NCBI GenBank assembly: GCA_020444515.1
Contig: JAHLKX010000003.1
Coordinates: 512,997 to 576,996 of the forward strand
Source: Bacteroidota bacterium
GTDB lineage: Bacteria > Bacteroidota > Bacteroidia > Bacteroidales > JAADJA01
Length of the DNA: 64,000 nt
Reading direction: 5' to 3'
Every line of letters begins with the position of its first letter. Position 1 is the stretch's first letter. The translations under genes were made by a program, and so were the position numbers. Shown here one piece after another: positions 46,188 to 56,248 of this stretch. The notes beneath the pieces were generated by a model. It was not told the origin of the DNA. It worked only from the letters and a program-made list of their open reading frames with translations, and searched no databases.

Positions 46188-49100
46188 CTAATTTTTATCT
46201 ACTGTTTTTAAAACCATGAGATTTTTCAGGATTACCTTTAACAATTGGACTTTGGTATAAGGCTTGGCGATATAATCGGAACAACCAGCATCAAGGCATT
46301 TCTGCTGTTCATTCGACATGGCATTGGCGGTTTGTGCAATGATCGGAATATCAGGATTTATTTGACGTATTTCACGGGTAGCTTCGTATCCTTCCATTCC
46401 CTGTACCTTAATATCCATTAAAATTAGATCGAGTGAACCATTGTGTCTTTCTACTGCTTTTATGGCCGAATTGCCATCTTTCACATGTTCAATATCAACT
46501 TTGATATTGCGAAAAATACTTTCGATCAGCATAAAGTTGGAAGATTCATCTTCCACAACGAGAATTCGTCTTCCCTCAAGGACCGAGGGATCCAGATCAG
46601 CTTCCAATGTTTCCGGAGTTTCCTCCCCAATCAGCGATGTATCATACGGAATAGTAAAAAAGAAGGTTGACCCTTTTCCCTCCTCACTTTCAACCCACAT
46701 TTCGCCACCAAGCAGTTGGGTCAGTTTTTTTGATATGGCGAGCCCCATGCCCGTCCCATCAAAACTCCGGGTATAAGATTCCTCAACCTGTCTAAACCTT
46801 TGGAAAATAATGATCAATTTATCAGCAGGAATACCGATCCCACTGTCTTTGACATAAAACAGAATCTTATCCGGGAAATCGATGCGATATCCAAATTCCA
46901 CCTGCCCTTTCTCTGTAAACTTAATGGCATTGCCAATAAGATTTGATAAAATCTGTTTCAACCGGGTTGGATCCGTGTACAATTGCGTTTTTTTCTTACG
47001 GCAATCATCTGATATCCTCAATTCAACATGGCGTTTGTTTTTCTTTTTTATATGCTCATTGAAAGTGATGAACAATTCCGTAAACATGGGATTCAGGTCA
47101 CATTCTTCTTTCGCTATCTGAATTTGCCCTGCTTCAATCTTTGATATATCAATGATATCATTGATAAGCTTTAACAGGGTGTTACCACCATTGGTAATAT
47201 ATTCCAGATAAGTCTTTTGTTCAGCCGGATCAAGATCCGGATCCTTCATCAAATCAGCAAAGCCAATAATGCTATTGACCGGGGTCCTGATCTCGTGCGA
47301 CATATTGGCCAAAAAGGCGGTTTTCAGGTTGTCGGCCTGTTCAGCACTTATTTGAGCCTTGCGCCGTTCATTTGCTTCCTGCTGCAATGCTATCGTTTTC
47401 TCATCAACCAGGTATTCAAGCCTTCTTTTTTGATCATTGATACTTTTTAGTCTCCAAAGGAAAACAAGGTAGGTTCCACCTCCCAGTGCAATTACAATCA
47501 TAAAACGAAACCAGGCTGTTTGCCAGAAAGGAGGCAAGATATCAAAAGACAAGGTAGTAGGCTCAATATTCCAAATTCCATCGTTATTGGATGATTTTAC
47601 TTTAAATGTGTATTCACCGGGTGGAATATTGGTATAGGTGGCTGTTGTTGCCTTTGTAATGGGATTCCAATCGGCATCAAAACCTTCCAGTTTAACCCGA
47701 TACCTGATCTTTCCGGGGGCAATATGACTGATCCCTACATAATCAAAAGTAAGGTGATTCATGTCATATGGCAATTCAAGACCAATGGGTAATCCTGTTC
47801 TCCGATCACTTTCTGTTGCATATTTCGAAAAATCAAAATCTGAAAAGAAAAGTTTAAGATCTTCAATGACAGTGATTGGCGGAATTGCATTGATTCGATC
47901 TTTCCAGGTATTGAATTTAATCACACCATTCATAGTGCCGAACCAAATAACACCATCACGGCTACAGCAAATGGCATTTTGATTGTTTTCTATGCCTAGA
48001 AATCCTTCTTCCTTTCCATAATGCTTAAATGTTTCTGTTACCGGATCAAGTCGGTCGATACCCAAATTGGTACCAATCCAGATATAATCTTTTTCATCAC
48101 AAATAATGCTGAAGGGGCTGTCAGAACTTAGTCCATCCTCTATAGATAGATTCGTAAAATCTGTACCATCAAAACGAAAAACACCACCACCTATGGTGGC
48201 GATCCACAGATCGTTATGACTATCATGAGTGATGGCCCCTGCACTCAAATTCGTGAGCCCCTGGGCTTCATTATAATTCACGAATTGATGCCCATCATAT
48301 TTTGTCAAACCCGCATCATCACTACCAAACCATAGATCACCCATTTCATCCCGATGTATAACCCAGATTTTATTGCTGCACAAACCATCATCTTTTGTAT
48401 AGGATTCAAAAAATCCGGAGGTTCCATCATCATTATAAACAAAACGGGAGACGCCATAACCCAGGGTAGCAAACCAAACGTTTCCTTCCTTGTCTTCGTT
48501 AATGGTCAACACTGATTGGCTGATCATACCATCTTCAGGACCATAAGACCTGATCTTTTTTGTAAGAGGATTGTACCGAATGAGCGGGCCTTCTGAAAAG
48601 TATCCTATCCAAACAAAGCCTTTAGAATCCTGAAACAAGGCATCAACGGAATTGTCAGGTAAACCATTCTTCCGTGTCATATAATCAAACCCATGACCAT
48701 CGAAGATTCCGATTCCTTGTTCAGTTCCTACCCACAATTTTCCTTCATTATCCTCAATTAATGATGTAACCACATTGCCTGGCAGTCCTGTTTCATCATC
48801 AAACAACATGAATTTATCACCCGGGTATTTAAAAACCCCCAGATTCATGGTTCCAATCCACACATTCTCCTCGCGATCCCGGAATATTGAATTGGTTTCA
48901 TTTTGGGCAAATCCCGTTCCTTGAAAGTTATATTCATAGCGTCCATCTATCAGTCTGAAGACGCCAAGATCATGTGTCCCCCAAACAAAACCTGAACCAT
49001 CAACAATGATATTCTGAACGAAACTTACTGAAATTTCTTTTTCAAAAGGGAAATATCCCATCAAACTCAGTTCTTTATTCTCGGTCACCTTTACTTTTGC

Positions 49101-49805
49101 CAGTCCATTATAGCTCATCAACCAGTAAGTATCATCCTTTTCGTGAGCAATGGATAAAACAGCATCAAAAGGAAGTTCGCTATTTTTTGCATCAAAGTTG
49201 CGACATGAAAAATACCGGGCATGATTATCGGTCTGAAGCATGGTGAGGCCACCCAGTGATCCGATCAACAATTGGTTAGATTGGGTAAGTCGAATATCCG
49301 TAATATCTTTTGAAGGAAAATTCATTACGACCTCTGGCCTACTGAAATTTTCAGCAGTCATTGGCTTATCATAAGGTAATAACATCAAACCATTTTTAAA
49401 TGTACCAATCCAAATATTTCCAGAATGATCTTCGCAAATGGCATTGACGCGGTCATTACTGATATTAAAATGCTTTAAACTATCGCCGATCATCACCGTC
49501 AATCCTTTGTATCGGTGACCAAACCAGTATCTGCCTCGTGTATCTTGCATAATTGCTGTAATGTGGTTATCACCAAGGCCATGACGGGTATCAAGGTTGA
49601 CAAAAGAATTGCCATTGTATTTGGATACTCCACCCTGAGTTCCGAGCCAGATATTTCCCACATAATCCTGATAGATGGAAAGAATGGAAGATTGAGGTAA
49701 GCCATCATCCAGAGAATAATGAATAAGCACACTTTGCTGGCCTTGCATCGATTGCCAGAGAGCAAATAGAAGCAAAACCATGATTGGTTTGCGGATAGTT
49801 TTCAT
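46188..49805 (-). CDS. Hybrid sensor histidine kinase/response regulator with periplasmic beta-propeller + Y_Y_Y domains (no HTH output)
   Basis: Signal peptide. Propeller repeats (G.IW.GT..GL). Y_Y_Y (EYTFKVKSSNNDGIWN). TM helix. HisKA FLANMSHEIRTPVNSIIGF. HATPase DSGIGIP and GTGMGLAISK. C-terminal REC ILVVEDE...LILMDI...DYIAKP. Confidence 0.9.
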   Translation of the reverse strand: MKTIRKPIMVLLLFALWQSMQGQQSVLIHYSLDDGLPQSSILSIYQDYVGNIWLGTQGGVSKYNGNSFVNLDTRHGLGDNHITAIMQDTRGRYWFGHRYKGLTVMIGDSLKHFNISNDRVNAICEDHSGNIWIGTFKNGLMLLPYDKPMTAENFSRPEVVMNFPSKDITDIRLTQSNQLLIGSLGGLTMLQTDNHARYFSCRNFDAKNSELPFDAVLSIAHEKDDTYWLMSYNGLAKVKVTENKELSLMGYFPFEKEISVSFVQNIIVDGSGFVWGTHDLGVFRLIDGRYEYNFQGTGFAQNETNSIFRDREENVWIGTMNLGVFKYPGDKFMLFDDETGLPGNVVTSLIEDNEGKLWVGTEQGIGIFDGHGFDYMTRKNGLPDNSVDALFQDSKGFVWIGYFSEGPLIRYNPLTKKIRSYGPEDGMISQSVLTINEDKEGNVWFATLGYGVSRFVYNDDGTSGFFESYTKDDGLCSNKIWVIHRDEMGDLWFGSDDAGLTKYDGHQFVNYNEAQGLTNLSAGAITHDSHNDLWIATIGGGVFRFDGTDFTNLSIEDGLSSDSPFSIICDEKDYIWIGTNLGIDRLDPVTETFKHYGKEEGFLGIENNQNAICCSRDGVIWFGTMNGVIKFNTWKDRINAIPPITVIEDLKLFFSDFDFSKYATESDRRTGLPIGLELPYDMNHLTFDYVGISHIAPGKIRYRVKLEGFDADWNPITKATTATYTNIPPGEYTFKVKSSNNDGIWNIEPTTLSFDILPPFWQTAWFRFMIVIALGGGTYLVFLWRLKSINDQKRRLEYLVDEKTIALQQEANERRKAQISAEQADNLKTAFLANMSHEIRTPVNSIIGFADLMKDPDLDPAEQKTYLEYITNGGNTLLKLINDIIDISKIEAGQIQIAKEECDLNPMFTELFITFNEHIKKKNKRHVELRISDDCRKKKTQLYTDPTRLKQILSNLIGNAIKFTEKGQVEFGYRIDFPDKILFYVKDSGIGIPADKLIIIFQRFRQVEESYTRSFDGTGMGLAISKKLTQLLGGEMWVESEEGKGSTFFFTIPYDTSLIGEETPETLEADLDPSVLEGRRILVVEDESSNFMLIESIFRNIKVDIEHVKDGNSAIKAVERHNGSLDLILMDIKVQGMEGYEATREIRQINPDIPIIAQTANAMSNEQQKCLDAGCSDYIAKPYTKVQLLKVILKNLMVLKTVDKN

Positions 49806-49887
49806 AAGTTCGCGTTGAGAACAGAATCAAATATTTCATACGCACTGATTTCTTTAGGGTTACATGAGTTATCCTAACTTATGATAA

Positions 49888-49916
49888 CAAAAAATGCCAT
49901 CCGATATGGATGGCAT
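49888..49916 (-). terminator. Rho-independent terminator downstream of the S46 peptidase gene
   Basis: ATGCCATCC-GATAT-GGATGGCAT 9-bp stem, followed by T6 on the minus strand. Confidence 0.75.
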
Positions 49917-49946
49917 TTGATATGGTGGTCGATCTTTTTATTCAAA

Positions 49947-52127
49947 TTATTCTATGATGGTCAATTCATCAATAAGATTGGTAGCACCAGCGAATTTATC
50001 AATGATAAATAACACATAGCGTGTGTCCACACAAATTGTCCTTTGCAATTCCGGTTCAAATGCAATATCACCACTCATTGCTTCCCAGTTCCCATCGAAT
50101 GCAAGTCCGATCAGTTCACCGTTTCCATTGATAACCGGACTTCCAGAGTTACCTCCTGTGATATCGTTGGTGGTTAAAAAACAAGTTACCAGTTTGCCAT
50201 CTTTACCATAACGTCCGTAGTCCCTGGTTTCATAAAGTTGCTTTAACTTTTCAGGTACGATAAATTCAGGATTGGTTGGATCTTCTTTTTCCATTACTCC
50301 ATAGAGGTGCGTCACATAATCGTAATGGACGGCATCAGCAGGAAAATAATCCTCAACCGAACCATAAGACAAACGCATGGTTGAATTGGCATCGGGATAA
50401 AAAACCTTATCCGGGTTCATCTCCATTAATCCTGCAACAAACAATCGATTACCCTGGTTTAGATCACCTTGTGATCCCCGATATCCGCCCATTGAGGCAA
50501 GGAGTCCTTCCATTACTTTTCCTGATAGGATATAAGCCGGATCCTTCTGAAGTTTTTTGGCTTTAGGATTTTCCAGGAATTCATTTAAACGGTCCTCGTT
50601 CGCAAAAATGCTTTTATCAAATACTTCAGCAGCAAATTTATTGTAATCACCTTTGTATTTATTTGTAATCTCTTTAAAAAACTCAGGTTGTTGCTCAACT
50701 GGGATATCCCGGGCAAACATTGCATACAAACCGGCTAAAAGTTTCTGATCAGTAGGGGGATTATAGTCTTTAAAATGATCGACCATACCTTCTTTCAGCA
50801 GGGCAATGGTACGTTCCGGTGCTTCCGGATTTTCCTTGATATCCTCCAGTTGTTTTTCCAACTGGGAAAACTCCTGGGGATATGAAATGATACCTGGTCC
50901 CATTAAACCAAGATTATAATATAACATGAGTTTTATGGTTCCTTCATTTTGCTCATAGCCTTTTTTAATCAAATTCAGGGCTTCACCATACTTTTCTTTC
51001 CGTTCCTCATTTTGGTTCATCCATTGTGTAAATTCATCTTCGATTTTTTTCTTTTTATCAACGACATCCAATCTCTTCACACCCCTTGACTGCCCAATCA
51101 GATATTTCCAGCTATTGGCAAGGCTTGCATATTCAGATGCATACATAATGTCAACTTCACGATCAGCATCCATATCTTCCTTCATAATTTCGAGTGTCTT
51201 TCCCAATAGATCGATGATGCTTGGATTAAAGTGATTCAGTGAAAACTTTACACCATAAGAGGTCATATAACGCTGGGTGCTGCCCGGATAACCCCAGATC
51301 ATTGCAAAATCATCTTTTTCAACACCCTTGATGGAAACCGGCAGATGATATTTGGGGGTTAACGGAACGTTTTCTTCGGAATAATCGGCAGGAGATCCAT
51401 CGGGTGCACAATAGACCCTAAAAATAGAAAAGTCACCGGTATGGCGGGGCCACATCCAGTTATCCGTATCTCCACCATATTTACCAATATCCGATGGAGG
51501 AGCTCCAACCAATCTGACATCAGTATAAACCTGGTAAACAAAACGGTAATATTCATTTCCTTCGAAGAAGCTTTTAACAACGACATTGTATTTACCATCT
51601 TCGCTGGCCGATTCTTCGAGATTACTTCTAAGTTCTCTTACTTTTGAACTCCGTGCTCCTTCACTCATGGTATCGGACAATAAAGGGATGATGCTGTCTG
51701 TTACATCGTCCATTCTGATCAGGAAGGAGGCAGTTAGCGCTTCATTGGGAAGCTCTTCTTCCAGGCTTCGGGCCCAGAAACCATCTTTCAGATAATCATA
51801 TTCAACAGAGCTGTGCTGTTGAATAATATCATAACCACAATGATGGTTGGTAAAAAGAAGACCCTGATTCGAAACGATCTCTCCAGTGCAAAAATAACCA
51901 CTGGGCGAAGCACTGGACGACAAACCCACAATAGCATCTTTAATACTGGAGTTGTTAATGCTGTAAATCTCATCTGCAGAAAGCTTCAGACCCATTTCCT
52001 GCATGTCGGTGTAATTGAGTCGCTCGACAAAAATGGGAAGCCACATGCCTTCATCCGGTGGAGTAACTGCCCAGGTGCTTGTCCAAAGCAAGCATACTCC
52101 TAAAATCATTAATAATGTTTTTTTCAT
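49947..52127 (-). CDS. S46-family serine dipeptidyl-peptidase (DPP7/DPP11-like)
   Basis: Signal peptide. FTNHHCGYD (His). GGDTDNWMWPRHTGDF. ITGGNSGSPVINGNGELIGLAFDGNWE (Ser). Confidence 0.88.
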   Translation of the reverse strand: MKKTLLMILGVCLLWTSTWAVTPPDEGMWLPIFVERLNYTDMQEMGLKLSADEIYSINNSSIKDAIVGLSSSASPSGYFCTGEIVSNQGLLFTNHHCGYDIIQQHSSVEYDYLKDGFWARSLEEELPNEALTASFLIRMDDVTDSIIPLLSDTMSEGARSSKVRELRSNLEESASEDGKYNVVVKSFFEGNEYYRFVYQVYTDVRLVGAPPSDIGKYGGDTDNWMWPRHTGDFSIFRVYCAPDGSPADYSEENVPLTPKYHLPVSIKGVEKDDFAMIWGYPGSTQRYMTSYGVKFSLNHFNPSIIDLLGKTLEIMKEDMDADREVDIMYASEYASLANSWKYLIGQSRGVKRLDVVDKKKKIEDEFTQWMNQNEERKEKYGEALNLIKKGYEQNEGTIKLMLYYNLGLMGPGIISYPQEFSQLEKQLEDIKENPEAPERTIALLKEGMVDHFKDYNPPTDQKLLAGLYAMFARDIPVEQQPEFFKEITNKYKGDYNKFAAEVFDKSIFANEDRLNEFLENPKAKKLQKDPAYILSGKVMEGLLASMGGYRGSQGDLNQGNRLFVAGLMEMNPDKVFYPDANSTMRLSYGSVEDYFPADAVHYDYVTHLYGVMEKEDPTNPEFIVPEKLKQLYETRDYGRYGKDGKLVTCFLTTNDITGGNSGSPVINGNGELIGLAFDGNWEAMSGDIAFEPELQRTICVDTRYVLFIIDKFAGATNLIDELTIIE

Positions 52128-52298
52128 TGTTGACTGAATTGTAATTTATTATTTAATTTTTAAAAATCGCCCTAGGTCGAAAACCATGCCAATAAACTTA
52201 ATCTACTGGCAATTAATCGGCTAAAAACATATGGTTATGGACCATTCAACGTCAATTGTTCGCTTGCAAAACATGGTTGTACGGAGATGAACAAAATC

Positions 52299-53960
52299 TT
52301 AAAGTCCAAGCATTTCAGGACCCTGTTCAAAAACAATATCCACCGGTATACCCGCCTCACTCAGCGCATCCAGATCGGTCTGGAGATCAGCCGGAATCAC
52401 ACCTTTTTCTTCCAGTATTGTTTTGGCTGCATCATAATCTCCATCTCCCTGGATTTTCAGGATCACCTGTGTCAATTCTTTGGAAGCTTCTTTCATCTTT
52501 TCCAGGTCGATGCTATAGGTTCCATCATCATTCTTTTTAAAGGCATCCCGCTCACGGAAAAAATTAAAGCGCATCATATTGGCTTTCCCATGAGCACTGG
52601 ATGCTCCAAATCTTACGGACCGGAAAATTCCTGCCATGAACGTAACATAATTGTCCATGAGATTGGTTTCGGTGAATTCCCCCATTTCATGAAGTTTGGT
52701 AACGAGGTACAACCCCAGAATATCTGCCTTCCCCTCTTCCAGTGCCGAATATTGTTCCTTCAGTGCATGCCTGACAGTACCCTTATCATTGATGGTATTT
52801 TTGATACCCATTCCATGGGCAACCTCATGAAACATGGTGTTGGAAAAAAAAGCATCAAAGGTTATATATTGCTGCTGATCAGCTGCTATCAGTTTCTCGG
52901 AAATGGGTACCAGGATATGATCAAATTTAGCTTTCATGGCATTTTTGAGTTGCAGTTTCCGGGTACCCTTTTCCAACTGAACTTTTTCATCATTGGGGAG
53001 GTTGATAGCGATGGTTTTACCTGCCATATTGCAATCTCCAGCATAATAGACCACATCATAAGCATTCAGGTCTGCGTCCGAACCAGGGGTTTCTTGCTTG
53101 TAATCCGGGTCAACGGGTAATTGTTTTTGCAACTCTGGCAAAAAAGCAGCATAGCGGCTAAGTTTATCACTCCATTGTTTGTCTTTAATCAGAATAAAGG
53201 ATTCATGGGCCGCTTTGTAACCAAATAACTGATCGGTATAATTTTCGATTGGACCAATAACCAGATCAACATTGTTGTTCTTCACATCAAGCCATGCAAA
53301 ATCACTCTCCTGATACTGATCGGTAAGCAATGCCTCTGCGCGCAAAGATAAATAGTTTGCAAATTCAGGATCTCCTGCAAGATCTGATGCTTTTTTTAAG
53401 AGCTCTGCAGCTTTGGTTACCTGCTGATTAAAAGCCTCGTGGTACCAAACCGATTGAAGCGCTCCATTTTCGTCACGCCGGATTAATGTATAGAGGCTGG
53501 TTTTATTGGGATCATCAAAGGCTTCAAACTCCTCTTTCGTCATATCATGTGGATAGAATTCGGCACCCGGGGGCTTTTCACCATATCCCTCAATGAATGG
53601 CTTGAGGTTATTCAGTTCATCCCATGGGCCATAATTAATTTTTGCAAACTCGCGAGCCCATGGATTTTCAATACGATTAAGGAATGCTTGCTTGTCACCA
53701 ACATTTTCCATCCAGAAAATATCATCCATCAAACTTGCAGCCTCAAACAGTAACCCAAGCATCTCCTTTTCATTGTCGCTGAGATGAGATATGTCAGCAG
53801 TCAGTTTCACTGAAACATATTTATCAACCAATTCCTTCATTGGATCATTGGAAGTTTGATCTTCCTTGTTTTCATTTGTTTTGGGTCCGCCACCCTGGCA
53901 TGATGTTATTAAAAATAACATAACCATAATGATTACTGCGGGATTCATTCTTTTTAACAT
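52299..53960 (-). CDS. Lipoprotein zinc metallopeptidase related to dipeptidyl-peptidase III (M49-like)
   Basis: Lipobox LITSC. MFHEVAHGMG (HExxH) and downstream ALEEGKADILG, resembling the two M49 zinc motifs (HExxGH / EExxAE). Confidence 0.65.
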   Translation of the reverse strand: MLKRMNPAVIIMVMLFLITSCQGGGPKTNENKEDQTSNDPMKELVDKYVSVKLTADISHLSDNEKEMLGLLFEAASLMDDIFWMENVGDKQAFLNRIENPWAREFAKINYGPWDELNNLKPFIEGYGEKPPGAEFYPHDMTKEEFEAFDDPNKTSLYTLIRRDENGALQSVWYHEAFNQQVTKAAELLKKASDLAGDPEFANYLSLRAEALLTDQYQESDFAWLDVKNNNVDLVIGPIENYTDQLFGYKAAHESFILIKDKQWSDKLSRYAAFLPELQKQLPVDPDYKQETPGSDADLNAYDVVYYAGDCNMAGKTIAINLPNDEKVQLEKGTRKLQLKNAMKAKFDHILVPISEKLIAADQQQYITFDAFFSNTMFHEVAHGMGIKNTINDKGTVRHALKEQYSALEEGKADILGLYLVTKLHEMGEFTETNLMDNYVTFMAGIFRSVRFGASSAHGKANMMRFNFFRERDAFKKNDDGTYSIDLEKMKEASKELTQVILKIQGDGDYDAAKTILEEKGVIPADLQTDLDALSEAGIPVDIVFEQGPEMLGL

Positions 53961-53993
53961 GATTTATTAATTTTTTACATTTCTGTTCTCGCA

Positions 53994-54001
53994 CAAAATT
54001 A
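53994..54001 (-). promoter_or_regulatory. -7 promoter box TAATTTTG for the M49-like gene
   Basis: Plus-strand CAAAATTA, 34 nt upstream of the start at 53960. Confidence 0.4.
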
Positions 54002-54326
54002 GACAATTCTATCAATCATCAACCGTGAAATGCATTTCCAAAGGGACTAAATTCAAATATTTTAGCACCGATATTTCAATCCAATTTCTATATGATATTA
54101 ATGCAACCTAATGGTTTAAGTTCTTGTCTTAGTGTCATAAAACTTTTTCCGGGAATATCCGGTATTTACGTTCTTTGGAAAGCCTGTCCACTTATTCGGG
54201 AATACAATAAAATTGGCCAAAACGAATTAATTTTGTATTTTTACGCACCATGTAATAATGCTTTCATTGTTAGCTTATTACAAAATCCGGGTTCATTAAA
54301 ACTCGTAAAGGTTGTTTGGTTGATTC

Positions 54327-54875
54327 ATGTATTCTGAAGACGAACTTATCCGTAAATGCATTGAACAGGATGCAAAAGCACAAGAGCTTTTTTACAGGCG
54401 CTTTGCACCCAGGATGTACGGCGTTTGTCTGCGTTTTTCTAAAAACCAGATGGAAGCCGATGACATCATGCAGGAAGGATTTATCAAAGTCTTTTTGAAT
54501 CTTAAATCCTTCAGGAATGAAGGTTCACTGGAAGGTTGGATCAGGCGAACTATTGTCAATACTGCCATTAACCTTTACAAGAAAAATGTAAAGTATCAGA
54601 AAGACATAGAGATTGATCAGGCCGAAGCAGTTCAAAACAGCGAAACCGGGGCATATGATAATTTAGTTGTTGAAGAATTACTTAAACTAATTTCGGAGTT
54701 GCCATTAGGTTACCGGATGGTTTTTAACCTGAATATTATTGAAGGATACACACACAAAGAAATCAGCCAACTACTGGAAATTTCCGAAAACACTTCTAAG
54801 TCACAACTATCAAGAGCACGGCAAACCTTGCAACGAAAAATTGAAGAAATTCAGCGCACTGAAAGAAAGAAATGA
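54327..54875 (+). CDS. ECF-type RNA polymerase sigma-70 family factor
   Basis: Region 2 (FYRRFAPRMYGVCLRF, DIMQEGFIKVF) and region 4 HTH (GYTHKEISQLLEISENTSKSQLSRAR). Confidence 0.9.
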   Translation: MYSEDELIRKCIEQDAKAQELFYRRFAPRMYGVCLRFSKNQMEADDIMQEGFIKVFLNLKSFRNEGSLEGWIRRTIVNTAINLYKKNVKYQKDIEIDQAEAVQNSETGAYDNLVVEELLKLISELPLGYRMVFNLNIIEGYTHKEISQLLEISENTSKSQLSRARQTLQRKIEEIQRTERKK

Positions 54876-56233
54876 GCGAACCTTATAAAAATATCGATGA
54901 CCTTTTCAGGGACAAGTTCGAAAACTTCGAACAGGATCCCCCTGAATATGTCTGGGATAATATTAAGACCGGTATCCAAAATCCAAAAGGACCCGGAGGC
55001 CATGGTTTTAATGGAGGAGGTCTTGCAGGTTTCACCGCTTTATTGATCATCATTGGTACCATTCTCGTTTATTTACTAAGCAATTCGTTTACCATCAACC
55101 TTCCTGAAAAAGGATCCGAAACTTCACCAACAGCGCAGGAAAGCTTCATGGATGATACACAGATTGACACCAATCCGGTCATTGCACAGGATATAAAGGT
55201 GACAGCAGAAATTGAAGAATCGGAAAACAGGCTTCAAAAAGAACAGGAGTCAGAATATTCTGTACAGGAAAATATGGAATCATCTATGTTGCCCAAAAAG
55301 TCAATACCTGAAGAGCGTGTTGGAAAATCAACACTGATGGCCCTATCCAGAACTGAAAGGATCAAACAAACCAATCAGCAGGCGCCACCCAGCCCAAATG
55401 AAAATAAACTCAGTAGCCTCAAGTACATTAACTTCGAATACAATGGCTTGGGCCAGACCAATCAATCTGATGTCAGATTGAATCATAAACCATCCTCTTT
55501 CATCAGCACTGTGCCAGCACCCCCCAGGGACGATTATGTAACAAAAGGACAGTGGTCGGTGGGTCTTTATTTCAGACCTGAAATGATTCGTTATCCATCC
55601 GATGACCAGATCACCAATTACGCCAGGGGTATTGATTTGCATGTTTTGTATAAGAAAAATGAATACTTCCTTCAGACCGGTCTTGGTTTTTCACAGGTTA
55701 CCGATGCTGGAAATTACAAGATCGATTATAACAAATACATGGGTTCTTATGAAGATGTATATGATGTAACTTTTGATACCATTGGCAATGAAGTAACCCC
55801 GGTTTATCACACACAAACCGTTGATGTTTATGATAGTATTAATTATGTCAGGATTACACCATCGGAGCGGAGATACACTTATTTGCAAATTCCCATCATG
55901 TTTGGATATGGAAAAGATTATCGGCGATTTGGGTGGTTTGTAAAAGCTGGTCCGGCACTGGCATTAATGGTACATGAAAATATCCCGGAGATGTCCATGA
56001 GAGAAGATCAATATAAAATATTGAATGTAGAAAACTCCCTCCCTGCAAGGATCAATGCCAACTGGCAATTTGTATTATCTGCAGGCGCAAACTACAAACT
56101 GGGCAACAAGATCAGCTTATCGGTCGAACCCCTGATACGTTATTATATCAATTCGGATTATGAGCCGGGCAAATATACAACCAGGCATCCCTACTCACTG
56201 GGTTTGAGAACCGGGTTGTTGTTTAACTTTTAA
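54872..56233 (+). CDS. Membrane protein with a short cytoplasmic N-terminus, one TM helix, a low-complexity linker and a C-terminal outer-membrane beta-barrel-like domain (candidate anti-sigma partner)
   Basis: ATGA overlap with the sigma gene. TM GLAGFTALLIIIGTILVYLL. Q/E/S-rich linker. The C-terminal ~230 aa has alternating beta pattern and ends in GLRTGLLFNF. Confidence 0.7.
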   Translation: MSEPYKNIDDLFRDKFENFEQDPPEYVWDNIKTGIQNPKGPGGHGFNGGGLAGFTALLIIIGTILVYLLSNSFTINLPEKGSETSPTAQESFMDDTQIDTNPVIAQDIKVTAEIEESENRLQKEQESEYSVQENMESSMLPKKSIPEERVGKSTLMALSRTERIKQTNQQAPPSPNENKLSSLKYINFEYNGLGQTNQSDVRLNHKPSSFISTVPAPPRDDYVTKGQWSVGLYFRPEMIRYPSDDQITNYARGIDLHVLYKKNEYFLQTGLGFSQVTDAGNYKIDYNKYMGSYEDVYDVTFDTIGNEVTPVYHTQTVDVYDSINYVRITPSERRYTYLQIPIMFGYGKDYRRFGWFVKAGPALALMVHENIPEMSMREDQYKILNVENSLPARINANWQFVLSAGANYKLGNKISLSVEPLIRYYINSDYEPGKYTTRHPYSLGLRTGLLFNF

Positions 56234-56248
56234 TTTTGACAGGATCAC

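Noticed and set aside
52287-53120. 277-aa plus-strand ORF
   Set aside because: It lies within, and antisense to, the well-supported M49-like peptidase gene apart from 12 nt at its 5' end. Its translation is low-complexity (F/I/H-rich) with no motif, promoter box or start context. It is a shadow ORF.
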